Position numbers and translations under genes: made by a program
Source: Nemertoderma westbladi
Taxonomy: Eukaryota > Animalia > Xenacoelomorpha
Direction of reading: 5' to 3'
NCBI GenBank assembly: GCA_032718475.1
Contig: JAUCBJ010008942.1
Span: forward strand, 29,682-93,681
DNA length: 64,000 nt
In this document: piece by piece, positions 50,830 through 63,172 of the stretch
Position numbering within the stretch: position 1 is the first letter of the stretch
Layout: the number at the start of each line of letters is the position of its first letter
Notes under the pieces: generated by a model
Told to the model about the DNA's origin: nothing
Databases searched by the model: none
What the model saw: only the letters and a program-made list of their open reading frames with translations

Positions 50830-52700
50830 ACTATAGTACTTACACCACTCTCTCCGCACCCCGCACTATCACCTCTCCACTCTCTTGTCACTCCCTAAGG
50901 CTTTAATCTCTAATGCTACCCCTGTGCTATCATACTATCTACCTACTGCTTACTAACTCTAACTATCTAACTAACTCTACTAACTACTAACTCTACTCTC
51001 CGCTAACTCTCACTACTTCTGGCTCTAACTAAAGCCTCTAACTTTCTACTAACTCTAACTAGAACTACTAAGTCTAGCTAACTCCTACTAACTCTCTACT
51101 TCTACTAACTCTACTTGACTCCTCTGAGTCTACCAACTCTGCTAACTAGCTCTACTAACTCTACTCCACTAGCTCTGCTAATTCTACTCCACTAGCTCTG
51201 CTAACTCTACTCCACTCTTCTAACTACGTGGCGCCTGCGGTGCCCACAACCACTCTACTATATGGCACCCTATGTGCCCTTCTACTACTCAACTACCTCT
51301 CTAGCTCTACTACCTGGCACCCTATGTGCCCTCTCTGCTCTACTCTACTACCTGGTACCCTATGTGCCCTCTCTACTACACTACTACCTCTCTAACTCTA
51401 CTACCTGGCACCCTATGTGCCCTCTCTACTACTCTACTCTATCTCTAACTCTCTAACTCTACTACCTGGCACCCTATGTGCCCTTCTACTATTCTACTCT
51501 CTGGCACCCTATGTGCCCTCTCTGCTACCTCTAACACTCTACTCTACTACCTGGCACCCTATGTGCCCTCTCTACTCTTCTACTACCTGGCACCCAATGT
51601 GCCCGTCTCTACTCCTCTACTCCCCCTTTACGTCTCATCGCCTACACGTGACGCTCTGAGTGCCGGCAGAGTGGGTACGTTAATTATGTGAACTACTACT
51701 GACTCTACTAACTCTCTTCTAACTCTACTAACTCCTTTTGTGCCCGGCACCTCTTGTGCCCGGCACCTCTTGTGCCCGGCACCTTCTAACTCTACTAACT
51801 CTCTACTAACTCAACTAACTCTACTACTAACTCAACTAACTCTACTACTAACTCCTTTTGTGCCCGGCACCTCTTGTGCCCGGCACCCACCCTAATTAAC
51901 ATACCCTGCTCTTACATCAAACACATCATCACGCCCGTGCCCCACTAAGTTCAGCGCATTCCCTACTAACTCTAACTACGTGGCGCTTACGGTGCCCACA
52001 ACCCTCTACTGCTACTACTAACACCCCTAACTAGCGGTACTACGTACCCTCTTACTACTCCTAGCTCTCTCTACTAGCTAGCGGTACAACGTACCCTCTT
52101 ACTACTCTAGCTCTCTCTACTAGCTAGTGGTACTACGTACCCTCTTACTCTTACTAACTCTCTAACGGTACTACGTACCCCTTAACTCCTACTCTCTAGC
52201 GGTACTACGTACCCTCTAACTCTAACTCTAGGTACTACGTACCTACTAACTTTCTAACTCTAGGCACTACGTACCTACTAACTAACTAACTTTAGGTACT
52301 ACGTACCTACTAACTCTCTAACTCTAGGCACTACGTACCTACTAACTAACTAACTCTAGGTACTACGTACCTACTAACTAACTAACTTTAGGTACTACGT
52401 ACCTACTAACTCTCTAACTCTAGGCACTACGTACCTACTAACTAACTAACTCTAGGTACTACGTACCTACTAACTCTCTAACTCTAGGTACTACGTACCT
52501 ACTAACTAACTAACTCTAGGTACTACATACCTACTAACTCTAATTCTAACTAGCGGTACTTACATACCCTCTAACTCTCTTCTACTAACGGTACTACACG
52601 TACCCTCCTACTAACTCTTCTACTAACGGTACTACACGTACCCTCCTTTAACTAACTAACTAACTAACTAACTACCTAACTTCTACCTACTCTATTATTT
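50830..52700 (-). repeat. Low-complexity 3' region of A3 with stem-loop arrays
   Basis: 8x GGCACCCTATGTGCC (51263-51605), 5x GTGCCCGGCAC (51740-51890) and ~18x GGTACTACGTACC (52036-52645, 32-bp period over 52231-52550), all in CTA/CTAA-rich spacers. Confidence 0.88.
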
Positions 52701-52712
52701 AATTATTTTTAA

Positions 52713-55700
52713 TTAAATAATTATTTTATATTTTGTGCGTGGGAAGGGCGTCTCGCCCTCATTCCCACCCCCCTCAGTCCAAAACTTTGGACGACTAAAA
52801 ACTCTCACGTGCCCCTTCTTCCAGTAGGCACTCTCCTGCTGCCCTCCTATACGTCCTCTAACTCTTCGCCACACTCTCTTCGGTGCTACCTTTGCTGGCC
52901 TTCCCCTTCGTATGTGCGCTGGCATTAAGGCCCTCGACGACCCCCGCTCGTCCCTCGGTATACGCGGTGTCTGCCCGTGCAATGCCCCCTCGCACTGTGT
53001 CCGTCCTGCGTGTGTATGCGACACGCCTCCTTCTACTTTCCCGACTCCCTTATGTTTGCTAATGGGCTTCTCTGCCCCTGGTTTAGTCCTTTCATATCCT
53101 TTCCCTTTCCAACACTCTCCGGATCTGTGTCCTTTTACCACACATCGATGACATAGTCCGTTTGCGTCTGTGTAGGCTACACGATCTCGTTTGGGCAACG
53201 CTTGCCAGTACTTGCAACTCCTGGTCTTATGGGTTCCGTCCCGATGTAATTGACATTGGAATCCTGGATTATAGCGCTTCCTGTATAGTCCTTCACGTAT
53301 CGCGCTTAGGTTTATATGTACCGATTTAATGTTTTGGTTGTCTAGACTCGGCCTACTGGGTATATTGGGATTGTTTTTATTTACGGTGTTATTTTCTTTC
53401 TGTCCCTGCCACGGTGTGGCCCTACTACCAGGTAACTGTGGACTGGTAGTCCCCTGTATGGCCGCGTGTGGTGGTGACTGTCCGCATGACCTGCTCTCGT
53501 CCAAGGGGTTCGATGTTCTCGCTCCTATTGGGGTATATTGTCGATATTGTGATGGGGGAATGTCACCCTGTCCCCCCCCGGCCGGTATGTTTGGTACTGG
53601 GGTTGATGTTAATACATTGGGGCCCATACGTCTATCTCCAATAACTCCCCCCTCCCCTGGATATATGTTATGTCCCTGTGTATTATAGTCATGCTGCTGT
53701 ACCAATATAGGCCTACCTACCTCTCGCCTACCTACCGGTATGTACTCCGCGACTTCCGGGTTTAATCCCGTCGTTCGCGCTACCCTATCGCCTACTCTAT
53801 CTCTCCCAGCATGGCCTATAATAGTATGTGCAGTAAGGCCTACAGTATGTCCTGCAGTCTGCATGTGCCCTTCCGAACCGAAGTTTATTCTTCGCGAATC
53901 TCGAATCTCCCCGCGACTACTGCACTCTCGATCGACAGCTATATCCCGTCGGGAAGCTTCTCTCCGATCCCCTCTCCTGTCTCGACTCTGTATTGGTACG
54001 TCTTGTACCCCTCTCTTGGCGTGCGGTGCGTTTCTCCGGGGCGACGGCAATCTCCCGAAGTTCGACCCCACTGGCTCCCTGACTCCATCTCTACTATCGA
54101 CGGTCCGTTATCCGTCCTCGCACTCCTATCGTTCGTGGCGACACCTCTTCTACTATCTTCTCTTCTTCTCTTTTCTGTGTAGTATTCCGGCTCATGAGAT
54201 CTCTCGTCGACCTCCCGGTTGAACTCCACTGTTCTTCTTCTCTCTTCTGATCGGGCTCGACGCTTCATCTGCCCTCTCGCGACGTCAACCTGCCTCTCTC
54301 TGCTCGATCGCACGCCGCCGGGGATACTCGCAATCCCCCTATTACTCTCCGTCGCCGGGTGTTGCGGTTTACCTGATTCGGCCCGCGCATTATCCGCTGA
54401 CGGCTGTGGGACACTCTCTGCCCCCCCTCTCTCGCTACTAATCCCTCGCGGTGGGGTGCCCGTAGCCCCCCCCCCCCCACCCGCCACTTCTAACTTCACT
54501 ATTTCTTACTACACTTCTATACCCCTCTTGTGGGGCATTCTCTGCCCCCCCTCTCTCGCCACTAATCTTATGTGGTGGGGCGCCAGCAGCCCCCCCCCCC
54601 CCCCACTCGCCACATCTAACTTCACTATCTCTCACTTCGTCTCTACACCCCTCTCTAGTCGACGCACTGTCTCTACTACGGCTGGGTCTATTCACCCCCG
54701 CCTCTCTCTCTACTACTGCGTGGCCCATCAGGCCCACCTTGGGTTGGCTCAACCCCGCTACCTCCTGCCTACCAACTACGTGGCCTACCAGGCCGCCGTC
54801 GGGTTGGCTCAACCCTGCCACTTCCTGCCTACTAACTACGTGGCCTACCAGGCCCTCGTCTGCTGAGTTATGTACGTCCGACACGCTCATATTAATAGCA
54901 CCATTCCCAATATTATTTGTTAAATCAATTAAATTATCAGAATTTGAAACGAGATTTAAATTATTTAAATTAGAATTATTTGAATTTTCAAAATTTAAAT
55001 TATTATTCGTACCATCCGAATCATTCTGAATATTTGAACTAATGTTATTATTTGAATTTAAACTTAAATTACTACCACCGGGTAAAATATTATTTCCTGT
55101 AATAAAGGGATTAGGGTTATTTACTACGGTACTATTAATATTATCTACTTCTAACGTACTATTATTACCCCCCCCCGCCCGTACGGCTACACCAGTTCTG
55201 GTTCTCTCGCCCGGTGCCTGTAAGTGGGGGCTCACTCTCTGATATCTCCAACCGCGCCAGTTCTAGTCGGCGCCGTTTAAGTTTGGCCCGATATTGCGCA
55301 AGCAGCGCCAGTCGGACAAGCAAAAGATCTCGCTCACGCTCTTGCTTTAACTCTCTCTCTCTGCACACTCGGAACTCTCTCGCAAGCATCCCAGGCTGCC
55401 TCGCCGGCTCGCTCTCTATTCTCCCCATCATTATCCCGATATGCTCCCGATCTCTATGCTCCTCGGCCCTCTCTCTATCCTCCCTTACCAACTCTAATAA
55501 TGCGGTTTGCTCTCTCAATTGCCCCTCTAACTGTTTCCGCTCTGCCGCCGCCTTTTCTAATTTATACGCCACGCGTTCACTCTCTCGCACCCGTCTTTCT
55601 TTTGCGGAGGATGTAGCAGACTTATCGGTTGCGACGGACTCCCGTCGCCCCTCCGTCCTACTAACTTTCCCCCGCTTCCCGGAACTTCCTCCGACCGACG

Positions 55701-56469
55701 AGACCGAATCCTCGGAATTAACCTCGGATTCGCCCTCCCCAGGTCTCTTCCAACCCACTAACTTAACTTCCCTGGCATCGACTAAGTATGGCCCTATGTA
55801 CACTACACCAGGCCCCATACCCCTACGTTCCCATAGCCCAAACAGTTCGAGGGCAACCCCTATCGCTCTCTCCCTGGCCAGTTCTCCCTGCCCAGAACGC
55901 ACTAGGTGATCAAAGTATCTGTTCGACTCACCTAGTCGTCTCCTCAGTCTCACCTCGTCTATCTTCGCCCCTCCTTTGGCCTCTCTCAGTTGCTCCCGGG
56001 TCGCGAGGTAGGCCCGTCGAAGTCGATCAGAAACCCCGACGTCCTCGTCGCCGACCTCTCTTCCGTCTCTCCGGGTCCGACGTCGTACCGACGGCCCCAC
56101 CGTCGCCGTTCCAGTGGACCGTTCGTCGTCCTCGGCCTGTGGCTGGCCGGTGACATCGGTATGTCGACCCTCGCTCCGCGTCGACTCGTCTTTCTCTTCT
56201 CCTCCCTTCTCGTCTCCTTCCCTCGACTCGCTCTCCGGTTGTAGACGACCCCCCACATCTTGGTTCGCCGGGTTGCTCGTTGTCGACGTGGCGTCAACCT
56301 GCGTCGACGTGGTCGGCGTAGCATCGACCGGCGTCGTGGGTTCGTATCGTCTCGCCGTGGCCTCGCGGATCGTTAGATCGTCGTCCGGGGTCCGCGGCGG
56401 TGTCGTTCCTCTCTCTCGACTCATCGTCGTCTTTGGTGGCTGGCAGCCACGTTGATAACAATCTATCAC
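52713..56469 (-). pseudogene. gag: A3 gag-derived ORF fragments
   Basis: ORFs 55165..56469, 54438..55235, 53939..54499 and 52713..54071 are homologous to A2 gag (PGVVYIGPYLVDAR, LVGHVVSRQ repeats, CQLHRDGTHKTRSC, CHRCVVKGHRSGEC); no PR/RT/IN motifs seen. Confidence 0.85.
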
Positions 56470-56494
56470 TGTCAGGGCAGCTGGGCGGATCTGA

Positions 56495-56503
56495 TTCTGT
56501 CAC
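56495..56503 (-). promoter_or_regulatory. Non-tRNA primer-binding site of A3 (GTGACAGAA), complementary to its own LTR
   Basis: Abuts the 5' LTR (starts at 56504); the LTR sense strand has TTCTGTCAC at 56681-56689. Confidence 0.72.
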
Positions 56504-59500
56504 TGTGACGGGATCTGCGGATCCCGGTTTATCCGTTGGGTTTTCTATCCACGCGTCCCCGCCGTGTGTGAAAGGTAAAAGAGTTCTGATGTTGGGTAAT
56601 ATGTATAAAGGTATAATAGTCTGATAGTTGATATAGTATAGTATGACACAACAGGTAATATATAATGGCGGTAGCGGACGGTGACAGAAGTCCCCGTTCC
56701 ACCCTACTGATCTGACTGAGTAAACTGAATGAATGATTACAGGTTACTGGTTATATTGCACGGTGGCCTTATTGCTACTCAATCGATGCCTTTCCCCCCT
56801 CTGATTGGTTGATACCCTTGTTGGCACCCCGTGGAGTGTTCCCGTTCACTCCTCCTGTTCTCTCTGGGTTAGGGGTTTGGCCCCTGACCCCTATTGTGTG
56901 TGTCTCCTTTGGGGCCTATTGTCCCCGTTTACTGGGCTGACACGAGGTTGATTGGTAATCAACCTCGTGCTCCCAATATTGCTTTATGGCTCACTCTATG
57001 GGTTTGTGTTAGCGGAATTGGATAAGCTAACAATAGATATAAACTTGGGGTTTCTCAACTCAACTATAAGGTCCATATACATTGCTTGTATATTATACAA
57101 GCCGTTCGAGGTTAATTACACAATCCAGTTCCCTGCAAACAATTTAACGTTAATAATGCATTAATATACGTTATTTTCTGACAATGCCAACGTTAATTAT
57201 TAACGTAAAAAATACATATAAATAACGTTAGTTTGGCCGCCCTTTAACAGTGAAATAATCCAACAATTAGATAATAAATTGACTAAGCCTAAAGTAGGAG
57301 CTGTATTGAATGTTAACCAAATTAATATATAAATTACTACAATATTATATAATTCAACAAAATCCTATTAAAAATATTGCAAGTAACCAGGAAATTTAAT
57401 TAATTTATCAATATGTAATGCTGAACACAGAATACAGGTCGACGCATGTCGATTTTACCCTGGAGAGGTATAGTTTTGATTGCTACAATAATATTCATCC
57501 CCATCTGCTACAATTAGAAGTCGACTATTACATAATAATAGTATAATTACAATATAATTAAAACAATTAATTGTTATAATTATATAGTTAATAAAAACAG
57601 TATATCATTCGGGGGAATGAATTTATAGGTCATCTAATTAATTGTTTAAAAATTAGCAAACAATACAATGTAATTACATTGATAAAACCCATAAATAAAA
57701 CTTGGATATAAAATGTAAAATCGGGATGCAAAAGATCACTTTCTGTGCTAAGAAAGGACAATTTTATACAACTTGTCTGGATACAAGCGGTCCGTTTACC
57801 TTACAAAATGAAAAATAAGAATGTGCGAAGTTAAAATCGTTTATTGTTTTGGTTAGAAAATCCCGCCTCTGTAACCTGCTCCTTTCCCTCAATTAGTTAA
57901 GTGATCGTTTATTGTTTTGGTTAGAAATTATCGTCTGTGTAACCTGCTCCTTTCCCTGATTTGGTAAAGTGACTGTTTATTGTTTTGGTTAGAATAACCC
58001 GCCTATGTAACCTGCTCCTTTATCTCAATTGGTAATGTTATCGTTTATTGTTTTGGTTAGAAAATCCCGTCTCTGTAACCTGCTCTTTTCCCTGATTTGG
58101 TAAAGTGACTGCTTATTGTTTTGCTTATTGTTTCGCCTATGTAACCCGCTCCTTTTCCTCAATTAGTTAAATGATCGTTTATTGTTTTGGTTAGAAAGGC
58201 CCGCCTCTGTAACCTGCTCCTTTCCTTCATTTGGTAAAGTGACTGTTTATTGTTTTGGTTAGAAAATCCGGCCTTAACCTGCTCCTTTCCATCAATTGGT
58301 AATTGTTTTTGGCTATAAAATGAGTGTTTTGCTACGTCATGTGGTAATCGATTATCGACAACAACCACAAACTACAGTATTAAATTTAGAGTCTATTACC
58401 ACAGGCGCATATGGAAATCTATCTCATAGTCTATAAATCATGGAATCATGGAATGTTTTGGCACAGGCATAGTGAAACCAACTGTCTGACAGTCCAGAAA
58501 TTAGCAGTCTGACAGTTTGAAGAAATACATACATAAAAGTCATTAAAAGGACAACAAAAGTCATTAAAGGGGCAACAAAAGTCATTATGCAGAATTCGTA
58601 AAAAAAGCTAGATAAAAAAAGTCAAATAAAAGGACATAAAAAATCACTGCCTAACATAAATAACTAGGCCCTATACGCATAAATATATTATCTCTTAGAC
58701 CCTCTTGATCTCTAGTAGTGGACCAATTTAAATGGACCTGTGGTAGTCCTGTAACCATGGTCACAAGTCACTAAATATATTCTGCCAAATTTAATAGACG
58801 TAATATCTAAAAAAAGTTCCATTCTGGATCTAGTGTCTTACATGTTGCCAAGTACGGATAATTAATTCCGACCATTCAAGTTTGCCTCTGTTGCCAAGGC
58901 AACCGATAATATTTGGAATGTGGACAACTTGACAACAATATGAACACTGCAGTATATAGAAACATATTATGGACAAAAATTTTAAAATTTATTTATGTTT
59001 ACTTACTATACTTATCATTGTTCTATTTTTGAGTTACCATGACAACCGCTGAAAACAGATGTTTTTATACAAAAATAACTCATTTGGACATAGACTTCCC
59101 GATAAGATTTTATGAAACTAGTTATGTGTTTTCTGGACCACTAGTTGGAACTTTTAGTGAAACTCAAAGCATTCCCGAAATATCTAATTACCATGGTTAC
59201 TGTAGTTTAATAAAGTCTATATCATTCAATCTATATTCATAACTCTATTTGTAGCAAAACTGCAATATATAGAAACTTAGGGTTTTTCAACTCAATGATA
59301 AGGGCTAATAGTCGAGCCGATTGAGGTTAATTAGAAAATCCAGTTACCAGGGCAACCAGGCTAAACAGACGTTTAAATTTATAAAATGATTATTTAAACC
59401 ATAACATTACGACTTGGTACCAACCCGTTCCCCCACTATATCACTTATTCTCCATCTGAATTACATTGTTCTATTTCTCAGTTTCCATGACAACCACAGC

Positions 59501-61081
59501 AAACAGACGATTTAAGAAATTCCACGAAACTAAGGAAAATCAACTACTTTCGCTAAGAAAGATTTTTCTTAGCTGAGATGGTGTATTCATAGTGGGCTAT
59601 TTTACTTGTGTGAGGCAGATTTGGGGTTTTTTAACTCCAGAAAAATCTAGCATTTAAGAGTACCATGAAATTTAGCATGTATATACTACTCGTCGAGGCG
59701 CATCTTTTGAGATGGGTCTCATATCCAGGAAAAATCTAGTTTCCATGGCAACGGACTTAGAATATAGTCTATGTATTTAAGTCAATATTTATAACTCTAT
59801 TTGGAGGAAAACTATAATAGATATAAACTTGGGGTTTCTCAACACAACTATAAGGTCCATAGCAGAGCCCATTGAGGTTAAATAGAAAATCCGGTTACCT
59901 TGGCAACCGGGATAAACAGATGTTAAAATTGATTAAATGTTAATTTGAAGACAAAGGACAAGGTGTTATGACTTGGGACCAACCCCTACCCCCACTATAT
60001 AACTTATTCTGCGTCCAAATTTCATTGTTCTATTTTGCAGTTACCATGACAACCGCTGAAAACAGATGTTTTTATACAAAAATTACTCATTTGGACATAG
60101 ACTTCGCGATAAAATTTTACGAAACTGGGTATGTGTTATCTGGACCACTCGTTGTAACTTTTAGTGAAACTCAAAACATTCCAGAAATATCTAGTTACCG
60201 TGGTGTCTGGAGTTTATTAAAGTCTATATCATACAAGTCTAAATTCATAACTCTATTTGTAGAAAAACCGCAATAGATATAAACTTGGGGTTTCTCAACT
60301 CAACTATAAGGTCCATATACATTGCTTGTATATTATACAAGCCGTTCGAGGTTAATTACACAATCCAGTTCCCTGCAAACAATTTAACGTTAATAATGCA
60401 TTAATATACGTTATTTTCTGACAATGCCAACGTTAATTATTAACGTAAAAAATACATATAAATAACGTTAGTTTGGCCGCCCTTTAACAGTGAAATAATC
60501 CAACAATTAGATAATAAATTGACTAAGCCTAAAGTAGGAGCTGTATTGAATGTTAACCAAATTAATATATAAATTACTACAATATTATATAATTCAACAA
60601 AATCCTATTAAAAATATTGCAAGTAACCAGGAAATTTAATTAATTTATCAATATGTAATGCTGAACACAGAATACAGGTCGACGCATGTCGATTTTACCC
60701 TGGAGAGGTATAGTTTTGATTGCTACAATAATATTCATCCCCATCTGCTACAATTAGAAGTCGACTATTACATAATAATAGTATAATTACAATATAATTA
60801 AAACAATTAATTGTTATAATTATATAGTTAATAAAAACAGTATATCATTCGGGGGAATGAATTTATAGGTCATCTAATTAATTGTTTAAAAATTAGCAAA
60901 CAATACAATGTAATTACATTGATAAAACCCATAAATAAAACTTGGATATAAAATGTAAAATCGGGATGCAAAAGATCACTTTCTGAGCTACGAAAGGAAA
61001 ATTGGATACAACTTATCTGGATACAAGCGGTCCGTTTACCTTACAAAATGAAAAATAAGAATGTGCGAAGTTAAGAACAGT

Positions 61082-61181
61082 CGGGGGGAAGTGACCGGGG
61101 GGGAAGTGTCTGGGGGAGAAGTGTCCGCGGGGGAAGTGTCCTACTTGAACGGGGGGAACTGTCCGGGGGGGAAGTGTCCGC
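61082..61181 (+). repeat. G-rich short tandem repeat (GGGGGGAAGTGTCC-like, ~6 copies)
   Basis: Six G5-7 runs separated by AAGTGWCY-like linkers. Confidence 0.85.
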
Positions 61182-61399
61182 ACACCCTAAATCAAATGTA
61201 ACACTTGTGAATAGTGTGTGAAGAGTTTACGCACAGCAGACATCCGACTGATATTACCTCGTACATCACGAAGGTCCCACGCAACATTTACCTCATGAGT
61301 AACTTGTGCAATTCTACACATTACTTTACGGTAGTAAGTATTATTCCTACTCCACATTTTTATTATTATTATTATTAATCTCTCTATAATATTTTGCAG

Positions 61400-62900
61400 T
61401 TTGAAACCCATTGGAAACTTAGACCGGGAGAAGTATAGTTCCTACAACCTCATTGTAACTGTTTACGATGGTGGGGATTCACCAAAAAGTGCTACAGCCA
61501 CCCTCACTGTAAAAATAGAAGATGTAAATGATAACAGTCCTGAGTTCGAGAAAAATTATTATGTTTATTCTATATCAGAAGGAAATGAAATTCCTGGACA
61601 AGAACATTGCATTACAGCGACCGATTCGGATGCGGGAGTTAATTCCGAAATTGACTATTCGCTGAAGTTTTCTCAAAATAGGCAGCAAAATATTTTGAAT
61701 ATAAATCAAAGTGGTTGTTTTCGCTTCAATAGAGCTCTAGATCGAGAAGGAGATGAAGGAGACCAGATTTCCTTCACTTTAGTAGCCACGGATCGAGGGA
61801 CACCTCCACTAAGTTCTAACACCACAGTTACCATCGAAATTCTGGATATAAATGACAATGCCCCAGATATTACCGAGGAAATGTATACATTCAATATTAA
61901 AGAAAATCAACGCCCCGGGAAGGATATTGGTTCTATAAGCGCTACTGACGAAGACAAAGGTGAGAACAGCGAACTTAAATTTACTATAGTTGGTGATGTG
62001 GAATCATCTTTCCTTATTGATAGTCATGGAAAAATAACTTCTAACAAAGATTTTGACAGAGAGATGCAGGATTCTTACAACTTTGTAGTAATTGTGAGAG
62101 ATGATGGTGAGTCTAGTAAAAATGACACGACAAATGTGATGGTTAATGTGAGAGACATGAATGACAATGCCCCCATTGTGCACTCAGTTACGACGATTAA
62201 TGGCCAAGAACAATTACAGATTTCCACAGTCTCGCCGCTCGGATTAAAAGTCGCTGAAATCAATGCAACCGATAAAGATATAGGTAATGCCGGTGAATTT
62301 AGTTTTATGGGTTTAAATAATTACAGTGATGTGTTCGTTGTTTCTAAGAAAGGCAAGATCTACATAAGTAGTCGAGTTCATCTCCTAACATTGGCAACAT
62401 TATCTGAGCGAGAGGAACTTACCCTGCAACTAATAATAATGGATCACGGCGAACAACCAATGCTCACTCACTTTAATCTATCTTTCACAGTGATTAAGTC
62501 AGATATTGTCCCGAAAGGAGACATAATTAGTGAAGAAACTCTGTTAAGCTTACTAGGTGAAGGCAACTGGAAAAATCCTGTTATTTTTAAAAAGAAAATA
62601 TCCAAAAGGGAGTTGCCGCCATGGTTTTTGCCGTTAATGATTTCTACGGCCATTTGTTTTGTCGTGGCTGTTGCTGTCTGTCTATTTTACTGGAGGAAGT
62701 TACAACAGGTAATCCACGATCACCACTTTCATTTTCTTCACCACAAACACATCGAGGAGTCGGAAGAAGATGATACTAATGACGATGATGACGGTGATGA
62801 TGACACAGAAGATGAAGAAGAAACAAGTGTGGAAAACGTCAATGAAATCGCCCTCTATGATTTCGGTCGTGGCGGAAGGGGGCCCTCGCCCCAACACTGA
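61400..62900 (+). CDS. Exon of a cadherin-superfamily (protocadherin-like) gene: 3+ EC repeats, TM helix, His/acidic tail
   Basis: Acceptor TTTTGCAG ends at 61399; repeated LDRE/FDRE, DVNDNSP/DINDNAP/DMNDNAP and ATDxD calcium-binding motifs; hydrophobic WFLPLMISTAICFVVAVAVCLFYW followed by RK; open frame of ~500 codons with no true start (upstream exons not identified in the window). Confidence 0.9.
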
Positions 62901-62970
62901 ATCCTATGCTGCCCTCGCCCCAACACTGAATCCTATGCTGCCCTCGCCCCAACACTGAATCCTTTGCTGC
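62883..62970 (+). repeat. 29-bp tandem repeat, 3 copies, overlapping the cadherin stop codon
   Basis: CCCTCGCCCCAACACTGAATCCTATGCTG at 62883, 62912 and 62941. Confidence 0.9.
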
Positions 62971-63172
62971 TCTGTGTGAAACTTCACAGCTGAATAATTA
63001 AAAATTTGTTAATGAATTTAAACTTGAATTCTTTTGAAACCTGTCTTTAATTAAAAATCTAAATTCCACTTCAACTTGATCTAGGTATATAAAATATATT
63101 AGGATTATTTAAAACACATAGTTGTAGTTATGTAGTATAAAGTTGTACAGTACTCGCACGTACATAGCTTAA

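Larger units (their letters stand above)
49807..57032 (-). mobile_element. BEL/Pao family A copy A3, non-autonomous (gag remnants only), very recent
   Basis: 529-bp LTRs at 49807-50335 and 56504-57032 with no difference seen by eye; TSD ATAGA at 49802-49806 and 57033-57037; empty site at 60273-60277; PPT at 50336-50344. Confidence 0.95.
47365..61074. repeat. Tandem segmental duplication, 3240-bp unit (copy 1 47365-57834 containing A3; copy 2 57836-61074)
   Basis: Near-identical sequence at offset ~10471 before A3 and 3240 after A3; identical short ORF translations in both copies. Confidence 0.93.

Noticed and set aside
51260-51610. CRISPR-like array (palindromic repeats with variable spacers)
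   Set aside because: Spacers are low-complexity, related to each other and uneven in length; no cas genes; eukaryotic context inside an LTR element.
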